A stretch of 36,490 nucleotides of DNA. It comes from a virus. Lineage: Duplodnaviria; Caudoviricetes. Within the stretch, counting starts at the first letter, position 1. Each line of letters begins with the position of its first letter. Below, piece by piece: positions 35,801 through 36,490 of the stretch. Made by a program: the position numbers and the translations under genes. The stretch is from positions 1 through 36,490 of IMG/VR virus record IMGVR_UViG_3300046009_013981, one strand, 5' to 3'. A model generated the notes under the pieces. It saw only the letters and a program-made list of their open reading frames with translations. It ran no database searches and was not told the origin of the DNA.

Positions 35801-36489
35801 CTTCAATTTTAGGATCTCAATTAGTAAGATCTGTCCTTAGTATTGCGATATATACGCTTATTGATAAAGTTGGTCAAAGAATTGTTGATTCTATAGAAGA
35901 CGAAAGAGGTAAAGCTATAGCTCAAGCTGGAGTTGGGGCATTATCATTTGGAGCAAGTGCAGCAGCTTTTGGTGGTGGAAAAAAAGCATTTTTAAGTAGT
36001 ACAGCAATAGGTTTGGGCTATGGTTTAACTGGGGCATTTGACACATTAACTAAAACTCAAAAAGAAGCAATTGTAGAAGCTGAGAAAAATAAAGATATTT
36101 TAGAGCAATTCTCTTCTCAACTTTCAAATTATAATATAGCACTAGAAAAACTAGAATCTTCTACTTTAAATTCAGCAGATAGAGCTAAAGTACTAGCAGA
36201 ATCAAATGAATCTCTTTCTAAGATATTAGAGGTAGCTCCAGATGAATACAGAAAAAATCTAATTAGCGCAATAGAAGGTGGAAATATACAAAATATTAGA
36301 GATGAACTAGCTAGGTTACAAACTGTTATCCAAGCTCAAACTGCTAATTCAGAAAGTCTAGCAAAAATTATTGCAATTAGTTCAGATCAGGCAATCTCAA
36401 AAGAAGAAATAAAAGGATTAACTTCTGCATTATTAGGCTTTAGAACAAAAACTGGAGAAACTTTAAGAGCCACGTTTTTAGCTGATCCA
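32884..36489 (+). CDS. Tail tape measure protein (3'-truncated, >1200 aa; not in ORF track)
   Basis: MARTSATISVGADTRQLE...; TP901-like core (EFSRQGLG, KLANVDAAFAVSSADLAEAI, TARGGSVIGNSLKTIFTR); no stop codon seen before the window end. Confidence 0.9.
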   Translation, partial: MARTSATISVGADTRQLERDIQKALGRDFKFKGLNEKAFTQPLGRITGAANEFQKSLDASNARVIAFGASAGLIYTVERAFSALVKSTIDVQKSLTDINVILNVSNKTLQNFGGQLFDIAKNTAQSFDTVAQAATEFSRQGLGLEETLKRTRDALVLTRLSGLDTVSAVEALTATINSFSNAALDSTTIINKLANVDAAFAVSSADLAEAIKRVGSSAQDVGVDFDQLLAIVTSVQQTTARGGSVIGNSLKTIFTRIQRTDTLDQLERLGIEVRTLEGNTLPAITILSNLASTFNTLSDSQRAQVAETVGGVFQINILRAALGDLQKEYSVYNNALRTASGATDEAIQRNEALNQTLSALINKTFVNLTKVGSDIGRISFQPTFENLLNTLNKGLESLDVEAQTAGGKIARGILEGIGAFISGPGVILATAVIGKLVINLAKFASQSLQTLLNLNTQAEQRAQIQTRINQVLAQEPALVAAVYNKQISVLDVENKILNIIRQQTLERERAAAISTTIAGGLLGKGVTTKGGTLRTKSSGFIPNFAMGEIFGALAGGYNPGNIRRMNIPGEGPVIYNSAEKVKKFPGLSQPAIMPPGQSVAGKNYKDAFGSIYGFNPYAFDGFIPNFAPLTPQRVTSITNEILKGNRPNLTNYTKAQRDQIAAALKQKRQGQLLGGTVEYNASKLGVVGVTGGRGPFNPSTTFAQLGYPNDPRSVRFTGIQGRTIDDLRNNALSQKGEFSRSINSLFANPLTQLASTIFGKVNPDKKFLSLLQSSGRGNINLFPPGTEGSIFEAAVNLATKKGTGALEKAFNQDLAQKPFDFEEYGSPSQQFNKTFGFFPFVTKADAKRTVDTNSAREIIQKAYQVGSGVAGLPKPVTRKLASQGFIPNFAALSESIDRELAAGVSPSKIRIGRDKRLTSAYNPLGLGIYNTKDEPLGLSQGVSRYSGSRAKSAGASDGFIPNFVLPAIAAGGASILGSQLVRSVLSIAIYTLIDKVGQRIVDSIEDERGKAIAQAGVGALSFGASAAAFGGGKKAFLSSTAIGLGYGLTGAFDTLTKTQKEAIVEAEKNKDILEQFSSQLSNYNIALEKLESSTLNSADRAKVLAESNESLSKILEVAPDEYRKNLISAIEGGNIQNIRDELARLQTVIQAQTANSESLAKIIAISSDQAISKEEIKGLTSALLGFRTKTGETLRATFLADP
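34498..35772 (+). repeat. Four GFIPNF peptide motifs within TMP
   Basis: At 34498, 34744, 35533 and 35755 (KSSGFIPNFA, AFDGFIPNFA, ASQGFIPNFA, ASDGFIPNFV), encoded with different synonymous codons. Confidence 0.95.
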
Positions 36490-36490
36490 T

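Noticed and set aside
1-36490. Stop-codon reassignment (no plus-strand gene here ends in TAG)
   Set aside because: All conserved genes are intact under the standard bacterial code with no in-frame TAG or TGA interruptions; TAA preference is expected in AT-rich DNA.
1-36490. tRNA, rRNA, self-splicing introns, inteins, homing endonuclease genes, integrase
   Set aside because: Intergenic spacers are too short and no characteristic motifs were seen; terminase fragment, portal and capsid ORFs are uninterrupted.

Overview
AT-rich, all plus-strand virion morphogenesis region of a large tailed dsDNA phage (Caudoviricetes, probably siphovirus-like). The host is probably diderm, judging from three lipobox proteins in the lysis cassette. 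Gene order: terminase large subunit (5'-truncated), portal, two adaptor+fibre cassettes, a divergent second tail-tube paralog with a fibre and chaperone, lysis cassette, basic protein, prohead protease-scaffold, decoration protein, major capsid protein, several beta-roll/coiled-coil fibres, a sulfotransferase/glycosyltransferase/methyltransferase-like cluster, head-tail joining genes, tail tube, two chaperones and a tape measure protein (TMP). The TMP starts at 32884, runs off the window and is missing from the ORF track. Main observations: (1) the TMP has four GFIPNF motifs delimiting two homologous small modules and a ~260-aa insert with a PD-(D/E)xK nuclease-like signature, suggesting injected cargo; (2) a putative virion glycosylation/sulfation cluster sits beside Cys-rich and [S/T]-G-rich fibres; (3) there are two promoter classes, GTGTAAT (15 intergenic copies, mostly near-leaderless) and TAGA-N16/17-TATAAT; (4) a modular fibre toolkit and a duplicated tail tube. 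All protein family calls come from motif recognition by eye; no database searches were run.
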